NCBI GenBank assembly: GCA_020184695.1
Contig: JAANOX010000121.1
Coordinates: 62,001-126,000 of the forward strand
DNA: 64,000 nucleotides
Direction of reading: 5' to 3'
From: Histomonas meleagridis 2922-C6/04-290x
Lineage: Eukaryota; Protista; Parabasalia
Shown: piece after piece, positions 20,794 through 31,089 of the stretch
How the letters are laid out: each line of letters opens with the position of its first letter
How positions within the stretch are numbered: the first letter of the stretch is position 1
The notes under the pieces: generated by a model
Database searches by the model: none
The model's input: the letters and a program-made list of their open reading frames with translations, nothing else
Told to the model about the DNA's origin: nothing
Position numbers and translations under genes: made by a program

Positions 20794-22179
20794 ATCTTTA
20801 GCATTAATATCGATTCCTTCTTGCATTAAAATATATTTAACAAGTTCGATATTTCCAAATTTTGAAGAATAAGGTAAAATATTATTTGGAATCTTGTTGT
20901 TTTGAAGAAAGTATTCAATTAAATATAAATTTCCGAATTTAGCTGATTGATTAATTATCGAATCATCAATTTTTATTCCATTTTGTTCCAGATATAAAAA
21001 AATTTCATAGTTATTATATTTAATACATGATTTACCCAAATCATTAATATTGACTTCTTTTGCCTTTATGTTTATAAAATTGTAGTTATTAAATGGCATT
21101 TGGTTTCCGTTTGGGTTAAATTGAAATTGATTTCCATTAAAAACATATGGAAATTTCATCTGTGGAAGCCCATTTAAACCAGCAAAAATATTTTGATTTG
21201 TGTTATCCAAAGAAGTCGAATCATTTTCATTCAGTATTTCTGATTTGTTTTCATAAATATATTTGAAAATATTATTTTGATGAAACATAATTGCTGCTTT
21301 GTATGTACCTTCAAATGATGAATGATTTTGCTCACACAAATGAATGATTTCTTCATTTCCACCTGCAACTGCATATTTACCTGTGTTTTTTACATTTGAA
21401 CCATTCATAAGTAAATATTTAAAACATTTAATCGATCCAAAAAATGCTGCATAATCAATTAATGTAACATTTTCTTGATTTATAAATGAACATCTTTCAT
21501 AAGTTGATGGTTCAATTATTTGATTATAGTCAAATTTTGTTTGTGATGATATTTCTTGGAGTTTTTCGATTTCATCATTTCGAATTATTTTCGCAATTTC
21601 ATTCGGATTATGTCCTTCTTTAACATATTGCTTATGAAGTTCCCAATCATTCTTTGAAAGTTTTTCATAATTTTTTTGAAAATAATGATTCAAAAATAAT
21701 GGATTAGATAACGTATTAAAAACACCAACAGAGTTACTCTTGTGATGTGCAAAATATAAAGAATTAATTTTAAAAATATGAATATCAACCAAGTTTTGTT
21801 CAATCATTTTTTCAATAATATAATTTGATTGATGTTTTCTCTTATTAGATAAATCCTGAGCAAAAATTTCAATTATTTTTGGAATATTTTTATTTATTTC
21901 TTCTTCTTTAATTTGAATTTCTTTTAAATAGTTGAAGTAAACATCAATACTCACACTATTTTGTACTGTAATCGAAGAAAAAATCAGCTTAGTAATAAGT
22001 AAATTAAATGAGTATGGTGATTTTGAATCAAATAATTCCATTGTTTTTTGAATTGATAGTTCAAGATTTTGTTCGTTTAAATTAAATACAATCTCTTTAA
22101 GTTGAGAGGGTAGTCCTATACAAGCAAAGTTCAAATTACAATCTTGGTTGGAATTTGTAATGGTTTTGTCTTGGTTCAT
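20671..22179 (-). CDS. DUF3447-ankyrin protein, head of array A; the ORF runs into the first spacer and stops
   Basis: IIRNDEIEKLQE, TLIDYAAFFGSIKCFKYL and KYAVAGGNEEIIHLCEQ are DUF3447 motifs. The last in-frame ankyrin ends ...GIDINAKD, followed by a hydrophobic spacer-encoded tail. Confidence 0.88.
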   Translation of the reverse strand: MNQDKTITNSNQDCNLNFACIGLPSQLKEIVFNLNEQNLELSIQKTMELFDSKSPYSFNLLITKLIFSSITVQNSVSIDVYFNYLKEIQIKEEEINKNIPKIIEIFAQDLSNKRKHQSNYIIEKMIEQNLVDIHIFKINSLYFAHHKSNSVGVFNTLSNPLFLNHYFQKNYEKLSKNDWELHKQYVKEGHNPNEIAKIIRNDEIEKLQEISSQTKFDYNQIIEPSTYERCSFINQENVTLIDYAAFFGSIKCFKYLLMNGSNVKNTGKYAVAGGNEEIIHLCEQNHSSFEGTYKAAIMFHQNNIFKYIYENKSEILNENDSTSLDNTNQNIFAGLNGLPQMKFPYVFNGNQFQFNPNGNQMPFNNYNFINIKAKEVNINDLGKSCIKYNNYEIFLYLEQNGIKIDDSIINQSAKFGNLYLIEYFLQNNKIPNNILPYSSKFGNIELVKYILMQEGIDINAKDISLFYLIFILIILCFKIIFGNYLYYFKQHLCMHLKKVIQK

Positions 22180-22320
22180 ATTGTGAACTCACAATTCGAA
22201 TTATTGAATTATTGTGACGGTTTCTGTACACAAAACAATATCATTTAATCCAATATTTTCTATATTAAAAAGGGGAAACGTTAACTTTGAAATTTGGAAG
22301 TAAAAATTCTTCATCCCCAC

Positions 22321-23637
22321 ATGGATAAGCTTCTTTCACTTCAACAAATCATTTTTAATTTAGATGAAAACAATGTTGATTTATCAGTTCTACAAACAAT
22401 GAAATTATTTGATTCCAACTTATCATATTCAATTAATTTCATTATTTGTAATTTGATTTATTATGCATTTTTCTCACGAAATATTTTAAGTGATGTTTTC
22501 ATAAGTTATTTAGAAAAGATCAAAGAAAAAGAAGAAGAAATAACTAAAATCAAACCCACAATCATTGAAATTTTTATTGATTATACATCTGAAGCTAAAT
22601 CTCAAGAAGCATTTTATCTCATCGAGAAATTAATTGAACATAATCTAATCGATGCAAATATTATTCAAGTTAATGGTATATCATCAGAATATTTTATACA
22701 TTATCAAAACAAAAAAGTAAAAGACGCTTTTGCCAGACGTAAACTTGTAATAAACCAGAGAGTCAATCCAATCAAAAAAGCTTTTTTGGAAAATTTTGAT
22801 AAACTTTCGAATAATGATTGGGAACTTCATAAACAGTTAATTAAAGAAGGAGTTAATCATAATGAAATTGCGAAAATGATTCGAAACGATGAAATAGAAA
22901 AACTTCAAGAAATATCATCACAAACAAAATTTATTTTTAATCAAATAATTGAACCATCACTTTATGAGAGATGTGATTTTATTAATCAGAAAAATGTTAC
23001 ATTAATTGACTATGCAGCATTTTTTGGATCAATTAAATGTTTTAAGTATTTACTTATGAATGGTGCAAATGTAAAAAACACAGGTAAATATGCAGTTGCA
23101 AGTGGAAATCTTGAAATCATTCATTTGTGTGAACAACATCATTCATCATTTGAAAATGCATATGAAACTGCTATTAAATTCCATCGAAATGATATCTTAA
23201 AATATATTTATGAGAATAAATTAGAAAAATCTAAAAATCTAAAGTTGATGAATAGAAATAGATTTTCAATGCAACAACTAAAAAAGGTAAATTTTGATGA
23301 ATTAGAATATTTTTGCATTGTCAGTGGAAACTATGAAATTCTTTCCTTTTTGAAAGAAGAGAATACAAAAATTAGCGAATATATTATAAATGAATCTGCA
23401 AGAATTGGAAATTTATATCTTGTTAAACATTTTCTTCAAAATAATCAAATCCCAAAAGATATTTTGTTTATATCTTTAGAATCACGAAATATCGAGCTTA
23501 TTAAGTCTCTTCTTGAACAAGAAGGAATTGATATTAATGCTAAAGATATTATAATGTTTAATTTAGAAATAATTTCATTAATTTTATATTTCAAATTGTT
23601 ATATGGAAATTATACATATTATTTCAAACAGCACTAA
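22321..23637 (+). CDS. DUF3447-ankyrin protein, head of array B
   Basis: ATG at 22321 (ORF track uses TTG at 22294); same DUF3447 motifs; ends ...GIDINAKD plus spacer-encoded tail. Confidence 0.88.
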   Translation: MDKLLSLQQIIFNLDENNVDLSVLQTMKLFDSNLSYSINFIICNLIYYAFFSRNILSDVFISYLEKIKEKEEEITKIKPTIIEIFIDYTSEAKSQEAFYLIEKLIEHNLIDANIIQVNGISSEYFIHYQNKKVKDAFARRKLVINQRVNPIKKAFLENFDKLSNNDWELHKQLIKEGVNHNEIAKMIRNDEIEKLQEISSQTKFIFNQIIEPSLYERCDFINQKNVTLIDYAAFFGSIKCFKYLLMNGANVKNTGKYAVASGNLEIIHLCEQHHSSFENAYETAIKFHRNDILKYIYENKLEKSKNLKLMNRNRFSMQQLKKVNFDELEYFCIVSGNYEILSFLKEENTKISEYIINESARIGNLYLVKHFLQNNQIPKDILFISLESRNIELIKSLLEQEGIDINAKDIIMFNLEIISLILYFKLLYGNYTYYFKQH

Positions 23638-26600
23638 TTTTAGCTATTTCAAGTTGTAACGTAGGAATGGTCAAATTCCTTCTTGAGCAGAAAGGAATTG
23701 ATATTAATACTAAAGATGTTTATGTATTTAGTTTAATTTTCATTTATGTTATTTAAAATTTTAAAGTATAATTTAAAAATCATTCAATTTTTTTAAAACT
23801 CCACTTATTGTTGCATCTGAATATAACACCATTGAAATCACTAAATTGCTTCTTGAACAAGAAGGAATTGATATTAATGCTAAAGATATATATTTGTTTT
23901 ATCTAGAATTTATTCAAATAATTTGATATTCCAAAATAATATTAGGAAATTATTTTAATTATTTAATACAGCACTTTTAATAGCAACACAAAATAAGTAT
24001 TTTGATATTGTTCAATTACTACTTGAGCATAAAGGAATTGAAATTAATGCAAAAAATAAAATTTATTCGATTCGTTTAAAGATTATTTCAACAATTTATA
24101 TCAAAGAATTATTTGGAAATTATCCAAATTATTTTATACAGCACTTATATTAGCATCATATAATGGTAGTATAGAAATAATTAAATTACTTCTTGGATAT
24201 AAAGGAATTGATATTAATATCACAGATGTTTTATTTTCTAAAATATTATTTCTTTATTTGATACAATATTTCAAAACAATAATTGGAAATTAATCAAATT
24301 ATTTTATACAGCACTTATATTGGCTATTTCTAATGGAAATACAAAAATAGTCAAATTACTTCTTGAGCAAAAAGGAATTAATGTTAATGTAAAAGATATT
24401 TTCATGAAATATTTAAAATTCGTTATAATATTTTTCTATTTCAAGAAAATATGTGGGAAATATATAAATCATTTCGGAAAGCAATTATTTATGCTGTTGC
24501 AAATGGCTATATTGAAATAGTAAAATTACTTATTAATAAAGATGGAATTAATGTTAATGTTAGAGATGTTTGTTTAGCTTATTTGAATTTTATTTCAATT
24601 TTTCCAAATTTTAAAACAATATTTGGAAATTATTATTAATATTTAAGACACCTCTTATCTTAGCAATTTCAAATGGTTATACTGAAATAGCTAAATTACT
24701 TCTTGAACAAAAAGGTATTAATGTTAATGCTAAAGATGTTTATTTATTTCGCTTTGTGTGCATTTTGCTGATTTTTTATTTCATAAAAATATTTGGAATT
24801 TTTTTGCAATATTTCGAACAGTACTTATATATGCAATTTCAAAAGGTAATTTTGAAATAGTTGAGTTGCTTCTTAAACAAGATGGAATTAATATTAATAC
24901 GACATTTATTAATTTTAATGTGATAATATTTCAAAATAAAATATGATATTAACACAAATTATTTGAAACATTACTTATGATTGCATTAAAAAATGAACAA
25001 ATAGAAATTGCTAAATTGCTCATTAAATATAAAGGAATTAATGTGAATACTAAGAATTTTTATTTGTTTTGTTTTTGAATTATTTCAATAATTTGATGTT
25101 AAAAACGATCATTTGGAAATAATATCAAATATTCCAAACACCGCTTGTATATGCAACTTCAAGAGGTTATACTGAGATAGTTAAATTATTACTTGAACAA
25201 GAAGGAATTGATATCAATGCTCAAAATATTTGATCATTTTATTCAAAAATAATTTAAATTTATTTATGTTTTGAAATAATATTTGGAAAATATTCAAATT
25301 ATATCAAACAGCACTCATTATAGCAACATCAAAAGAATATATAGAAATTGTTAAATTACTTCTTGAACATAAAGAAATTGATATCAATGCTGTATGTTTT
25401 AAATGTAGTAATTTAATGTATGAAACCATAATTTAAAAATTGTAACTATTATTTTTTACAGCGCTTATTTATGCATCTTCAAAAGGTCATATTGAAATAG
25501 TGAAATTACTACTTGAAAAAGAAGGAAATAATATCAATTTTCAAAATATTAAGTTAAATTTTTTAAAGTTAATTTTAATTATATGATATTTCAAAATGAT
25601 TAATGGAAATTAATTAAAATATATCGAACAGCCCTTATGTATGCAACAAATAATTGTAAGACTGAAATAGTTAAAATGCTTCTTGAACAAGAAGGAATTG
25701 ATATCAATGCTGAAGACATTTAATATTTCAACATAATGTCTATTTGAACAATTTGATGATCCAAAATGATTTTTGGAATTTATATCATAAATTTAATACA
25801 GCACTTATGTATGCAGCATTTAAAGGTTTTATTGAAATAGCTAAATTATTTCTTGAACATAAAGGAATTGATATTAATACTAAAGGAAATGTTTATTTAT
25901 AGTATATAGAAATTATCTTGATAAATTGATGTTTTAATACTTAATTTGGAAAATGTTTAAAATGTTTAATACAGCACTCATTTATGCAATTAAAAGTGGA
26001 CAAATAGAAATAGTTAAATTACTTCTTGAACAAGGAAAAATTGATGTTAATATAAAAAATATTTATATTTTTTACCTAATATTTATTTATAAAATTCTAT
26101 ATTTCAAAATCATATTTGGAAATTATTTAAATTATTTAGTACAGCTCTTATATATGCATCAGAAAAAGGGAACAAAAATATTGTTAAATTATTACTTAAA
26201 CAAAAAGGAATTAAAGTTAATGAAAAAGATTTTGTTTTATTTTAATAATTAGAAATTCAATTTTTTATTTGATAAACAAATATATTTGGAAATTAACAAA
26301 ATCAATTCGAACAGCACTTATTATAGCAAGTAAATATGGATATTTTGAAATTGTTAAAATTTTACTTTCACAAGAAGGAATTAATATTAATGAACAAGAT
26401 GAAATTTCATGTTAATTAATAATGAAACCAAATTTTATTTGGAGTAACACTAAAATTATTCAAACAGCACTAATTTTAGCATCGCAACTTGATCAAATCG
26501 AAATTGTCAAATTATTACTTTCACAAGAAGGAATTGATATTAATGTGAAAGATAACGAATAGTTTTAATATTTCAAGTATATTTTAATTTTATATTTTTG

Positions 26601-26720
26601 AACTATATATTGTGATTATCATTATTATTCAAAACTGCACTTACTCATGTATCATTGAGATGTAATGATGAAATAAAATCTTTACTTCTTCAACAAGAAA
26701 AGAAAAATGCAAATATTTAA
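23548..26720 (+). repeat. Interrupted ankyrin array B: 19 cassettes, ending in capping repeat TALTHVSLRCNDEIKSLLLQQEKKNANI-stop
   Basis: Cassette starts at 23628, 23798, 23968, 24138, 24308, 24478, 24648, 24818, 24968, 25138, 25308, 25458, 25628, 25798, 25971, 26141, 26311, 26464 and 26634. All are stop-free, while spacers contain stops. Confidence 0.95.
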
Positions 26721-27134
26721 AAGTTGTATAAACATGATACTATTTTATTTCTCAAATAAACTAAATTAAAAATGATAAATTTATATTATTTGAAAAAAAA
26801 TATATTATCATTATTATATAACATATCTTTATTAATATAAAAATATATTTACCTATATTATTTTCTTCATTTAAAATCAAATAATTCAAAATGTATCATA
26901 TTAAAGATATTTAATTAATTACTTCATCAGATCTTTTTACACGATTACATATACTGTCACTTAATCAAGAGTAAACAGTTCATCGGCGTGGTTGAGTCAA
27001 ATTTAATGGTTACTTCACATTATCCCTTTTGACATGTTATTAATTTTATTCAATTTTTTCTTTGTAATGTTCTAAATTTATTTTTTTTCAATATTGCGTT
27101 AAAAATTTCAATTAAACACCCAAACGGTTTCTAT

Positions 27135-28931
27135 ATGTTCCAGCCAAAGAATCAGCCAGTTATCATCGCTGACGTCACAATTGTTATTAAATCCATTTCC
27201 ATTCAACGGAGTACTGACAGTGGTTTTACCGTTTCTTGTATCAATGGCAAGTCCAGAATTAATTCAAAACATGTTCTCCCTGATTCCAATAGAGTACTTA
27301 CATTTAATTTAGAGTGCAAGTCTCGTCGCAAATTTAAAATGAACAAACAAGGTGACGCACTTTTACCAAAAAATGTTATGATTGTACTTCATAGATACAC
27401 TGCAGATAATACTCCACGAATTTATGGCCAACTTACAATAGACATAAGTCAGCGCCTTGACTCCAAAGAACCAGATTTTGTCATACCAATGACATCAAAT
27501 CGGTCTGTTCCACCATCACTAAATATTTCATGTAAAATTGACATAATCAGCAGACCAAAGAGTATGAGCAACTTACAAGCTCTGAATGCTCCAGAGGAAG
27601 CAAATGACAACGATGATAGCTATGAAGAGATAGTTGAATATGATGAAGAATTAGACAAATCCACTACAGAAGATCAAAAACCACAAACAGAAACGAACAA
27701 CAACGAACCAAAACAGACAGCGACTCGACAGCGCAAAGTTATTCGAGTTCGTAAATCGAAAATTAATAATAATAATAATAATGAAGAAAACAACAAAGCG
27801 AAAGAAGAAGAAGAAACAGAAGAAGAGGAAGAAGAGGAAGAGGAAGCAGAAGAAGAGGAGGAAGAAGAAGAAGAAGAGGAAGAAGAAACAAAAGAAAAAA
27901 AGTTCGAAAATTTAATCAATTTATTGGCCAGTGTAATGAGCCAAAGATATTCGCGATGTTCTATGCCAACGTATGTTGATGCAGACAAAAAGATCGAACA
28001 ACCACCTGCCGCATTTCCAATTTATAGTTTTTTGTTAGAGTCTAAAATATTACTTAAAGAGACTGAAAGAAGTGAATATGAAACATTTGCAAATGTTTTC
28101 TTCGAGAAATATTTAAAAGCTCCTTTATCAATGAAAGGGGATAACGAAACCAAATTCATGACATCTATAGTATTATATGTATTAATACAAAGGAATCCTA
28201 CGAAAGAAACTCTCCACGAAGAATATTTAACAGATTTCTTAAAGAGATTTGAAGATGTCATTAATATTCAAACACGAGAAATTGCTACTCCATTACTTAC
28301 GAACTTTGATATCCTTTCTAATCGATTCGTGCAAGCTAAATTTGATGTCGATACTTTGTTGGATGAGTTTCAAGAGGTGTTTGCCATAGTTAAGACGAGT
28401 TTAGGTTTCACGCCATCAATTAACACTTTTGTCTTTGATGTGTTCGTATCGTTGCTTGATGTGAAATTATCGAACAGAGTTCTGTCAAATCCATACAGGT
28501 TAACGTTCTCCAACGCAATTTTATGGCATTCATTCACAACTGCTTTTGAACAATGCGTAGAAATTAAGTTAAAGTATTTGTCACAAATAACAGGACTTAT
28601 ACTAATGATTCCAAACATTTCTCATGAGTCTGGCGGTAATGAGATTTTGAAGGATATTTGTCCTGATTTAAAGAATACAATAATAGTGTACATTTTAATG
28701 AATATGAAAAAGGATGAAATGATGCAAGATGAAATCCCTATTCGTGAACTTATGTTAATGCTCAACGTAACATTCATTCCTGGTCTTGAGTTATTGAAAA
28801 TGGAAGAAAATAAAAAGTTCAGTCTAGCAAGCGATGAAATAAAGACAACTTTTTGGAACAGAACAACAACAATGGATACACTGAGACAATTCCCTTTCAT
28901 GAGGAAATATCTTCCCGTGAAAAGAGTATAA
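27135..28931 (+). CDS. NT-C2 (EEIG1/EHBP1-type) domain, acidic linker and DIL/dilute-like C-terminal domain protein
   Basis: N-terminal beta-strand pattern ending YGQLTIDISQ typical of NT-C2; poly-Glu linker; C-terminal LSNRVL...FSNAI...LKYLSQITGLI...ICPDL...DEM resembles a DIL domain. Confidence 0.7.
   Translation: MFQPKNQPVIIADVTIVIKSISIQRSTDSGFTVSCINGKSRINSKHVLPDSNRVLTFNLECKSRRKFKMNKQGDALLPKNVMIVLHRYTADNTPRIYGQLTIDISQRLDSKEPDFVIPMTSNRSVPPSLNISCKIDIISRPKSMSNLQALNAPEEANDNDDSYEEIVEYDEELDKSTTEDQKPQTETNNNEPKQTATRQRKVIRVRKSKINNNNNNEENNKAKEEEETEEEEEEEEEAEEEEEEEEEEEEETKEKKFENLINLLASVMSQRYSRCSMPTYVDADKKIEQPPAAFPIYSFLLESKILLKETERSEYETFANVFFEKYLKAPLSMKGDNETKFMTSIVLYVLIQRNPTKETLHEEYLTDFLKRFEDVINIQTREIATPLLTNFDILSNRFVQAKFDVDTLLDEFQEVFAIVKTSLGFTPSINTFVFDVFVSLLDVKLSNRVLSNPYRLTFSNAILWHSFTTAFEQCVEIKLKYLSQITGLILMIPNISHESGGNEILKDICPDLKNTIIVYILMNMKKDEMMQDEIPIRELMLMLNVTFIPGLELLKMEENKKFSLASDEIKTTFWNRTTTMDTLRQFPFMRKYLPVKRV
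27781..27900 (+). repeat. Coding GAA/GAG trinucleotide tract (poly-Glu)
   Basis: gaagaagaagaaacagaagaagaggaagaagaggaagaggaagcagaagaagaggaggaagaagaagaagaag, preceded by (aat)n. Confidence 0.9.
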
Positions 28932-29391
28932 TGCAATATTGTAATTTAATAAAAATAACATTAAATGTGGATATGACAATATTAACTTTTGAGTGTTAAT
29001 TAAATGAATGTATAAAAATTAAAACAAATATCAAAACCAAATTATTAACAAGTTTGGAAATAAATTTTTCTTCTTTATAAACAACACAATTTTGAATTTG
29101 TGGAGTTCAACCGCTGTCACAATAATTTTTTTGTCGATATTTTTCTTTTAAAGTAATTTTGTCATCTTTTCAGAGCACTCTGGATCAAAAAATTGAATAA
29201 AAAACGATCAAGTTCCAAATTAAAACTAACGGTCTCCAGACTCACAAAATTGCAACAAGAAAGTGACGTTCTATCAGCATTCAAAGTAGAGGAGAACGTT
29301 AAATTTTGAATAGATTTTGATCTCCAAAAAAACGACAGCTTAAAACAATCAAAATTGAAGTCAATAAACGGCCAACAGTTCACTTTTTTCT

Positions 29392-30765
29392 ATGCTTTCT
29401 TCCATACACAACCGTGGATTAAAGACAATCATCGGAAATGGCCGTCTCGTTAGAGATCTTTCTCATGAAATAGAAAATGATGGTGCTGTAGTTTTCGAAG
29501 ATGATACAATCATTGAATGTGGAAAAACAGCTGAACTTCGCAACAAATACAAATTTGCTAAATACGTCAATGCAGAAGGTAAGTTTATCATGCCAGGATT
29601 TGTTAACGCACACGGACATTATTATGGTTTATTTAGCCGTGGTCTTGCACTTAAGGATCCACCAGCTTATACATTCCTTGAAGTCCTCCAACGTCTTTGG
29701 TGGCGTCTTGATCGTGCACTTCAACATGAAGACAGTTATCTTTCAGCAGCTGCCTTCAATATTGTTGCTCTTAAGACCGGTTGTACCACTGTTGTTGATC
29801 ACCATGCCTCTCCAAATTGCATTGAAGGTGCCAATGATGATATTGCTCAAGCTGCATTAGATTGCCACATCCGTAATCACATTGCCTATGAAGTTACAGA
29901 CCGTAATGGAATGGATGGAGCCTATGCTGGCATAGAAGAAAATCGTCGCTTCATTGAACGTTGTTATAAGAAAGATAAGAATCCAATGCTTGCCGCCTCC
30001 TTTGGTATGCACGCACCGTTCACATGCTCAGACGAAACACTTAAGAAGTCTGTTGAAGCCTTACAATCTGTACCAGAAGCATTACCATATGTTGGATATC
30101 ACATTCACGTTGCCGAAGGACAATATGACGAAGATTACTCCATGAAAAATTATGGCAAAACATGTGTACAACGTCTTGTTGACTTTGGAATTTGTGGTCC
30201 GAATACTATTTATGGACATTGTGTCTTTGTCAATGACGAAGAACTCGACTTAATCAAGAAGACGGGCACAAACATTGTCACAAATCCATCATCTAACCTT
30301 AACAATGCTGTTGGGTTACCAAGAGCAGAGGCCATTCTTAAGCGTGGAATTCCTTTAGCACTTGGAACTGATGGAATGACATACGACATGTTGCAAGAAA
30401 TGAAGTTCTTGTACTGCGCGCAAAAACTTAACCATAAAGACCCACGCGTTATGGGTTATGACTCACTTAAGATATTAATGGAAGGCAACAGCAAATTGGT
30501 ATCGAAGGCATTCCAAAAGAAAGTCGGAATCATTGAACCAGGCGCATTCGCTGATATCATTCTCGTCGATTACGACGCACCATCGCCTGTGACTATTGGC
30601 AACTTGCCATGGCATATGGTGTTCGGAATGTCAGGAAAGGATATACACTCAACTTTCGTAGGAGGTAAACAGGTCGTCAAGAACCACGAGCTGTTGACTA
30701 TCGACGAGAAGGCAGTGTTCGCAAGGTGCTTAGAAAGGCAGCCGGGAATCGCTGAGAGACTCTGA
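29392..30765 (+). CDS. SsnA-like metal-dependent amidohydrolase (aminohydrolase/deaminase family) with N-terminal presequence
   Basis: MPGFVNAHGHYY (HxH), TTVVDHHAS, FGMHAPFT, YHIHVAEG, YGHCV, NPSSN and LGTDG metal-site motifs. Core starts IIGNGRLV as in bacterial SsnA. Confidence 0.88.
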   Translation: MLSSIHNRGLKTIIGNGRLVRDLSHEIENDGAVVFEDDTIIECGKTAELRNKYKFAKYVNAEGKFIMPGFVNAHGHYYGLFSRGLALKDPPAYTFLEVLQRLWWRLDRALQHEDSYLSAAAFNIVALKTGCTTVVDHHASPNCIEGANDDIAQAALDCHIRNHIAYEVTDRNGMDGAYAGIEENRRFIERCYKKDKNPMLAASFGMHAPFTCSDETLKKSVEALQSVPEALPYVGYHIHVAEGQYDEDYSMKNYGKTCVQRLVDFGICGPNTIYGHCVFVNDEELDLIKKTGTNIVTNPSSNLNNAVGLPRAEAILKRGIPLALGTDGMTYDMLQEMKFLYCAQKLNHKDPRVMGYDSLKILMEGNSKLVSKAFQKKVGIIEPGAFADIILVDYDAPSPVTIGNLPWHMVFGMSGKDIHSTFVGGKQVVKNHELLTIDEKAVFARCLERQPGIAERL

Positions 30766-30958
30766 GTAAAAATAGTTTGAAGTTAAAAAAGGCATATTTT
30801 TGAATTCGTTTTAATCGTACTTTAAGTTTTTGTATTGCCGATAGTTTCAATTTTTTGTAGAAATTTCACAGTAACTGTTAAAATATTGAAGACTAAATGT
30901 GGAATTCATAACTAATAAACTTTGTTTGGATTTTTTCTCATGCTTAAACATATTTATA

Positions 30959-31029
30959 GAATAACAATGAGAAAATATTTTACAGAATAATAATGAGAAA
31001 ATATTTTACAGAATAACAATGAGAAAATA
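30959..31029. repeat. 26-nt tandem repeat, about 2.7 copies (GAATAACAATGAGAAAATATTTTACA)
   Basis: Copies at 30959, 30985 and 31011, between two convergent genes. Confidence 0.85.
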
Positions 31030-31089
31030 AGTATTTTATTTTTAAATGTCTATTTATACTTGAAAACATTGTATTTCGTAAAATTGTTT

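Noticed and set aside
24400-24420. -1 ribosomal frameshift at T TTA AAA as the general mechanism
   Set aside because: A -1 shift does give the right frame, but the heptamer is absent from many spacers, and stops occur before it (25231, 25721) or after it in the -1 frame (23956, 25443, 34294).
23548-26633. Spacers as canonical spliceosomal (GT-AG or AT-AC) introns using the frequent ACAG
   Set aside because: AG is lost whenever the protein reads TPL, TLL or TSL (e.g. ACT CCA 23798, ACA CCT 24648, ACA TTA 24968). Many 5' ends are AT rather than GT, there is no parabasalid ACTAAC branch motif, and GT..ACAG removal would not restore frame.
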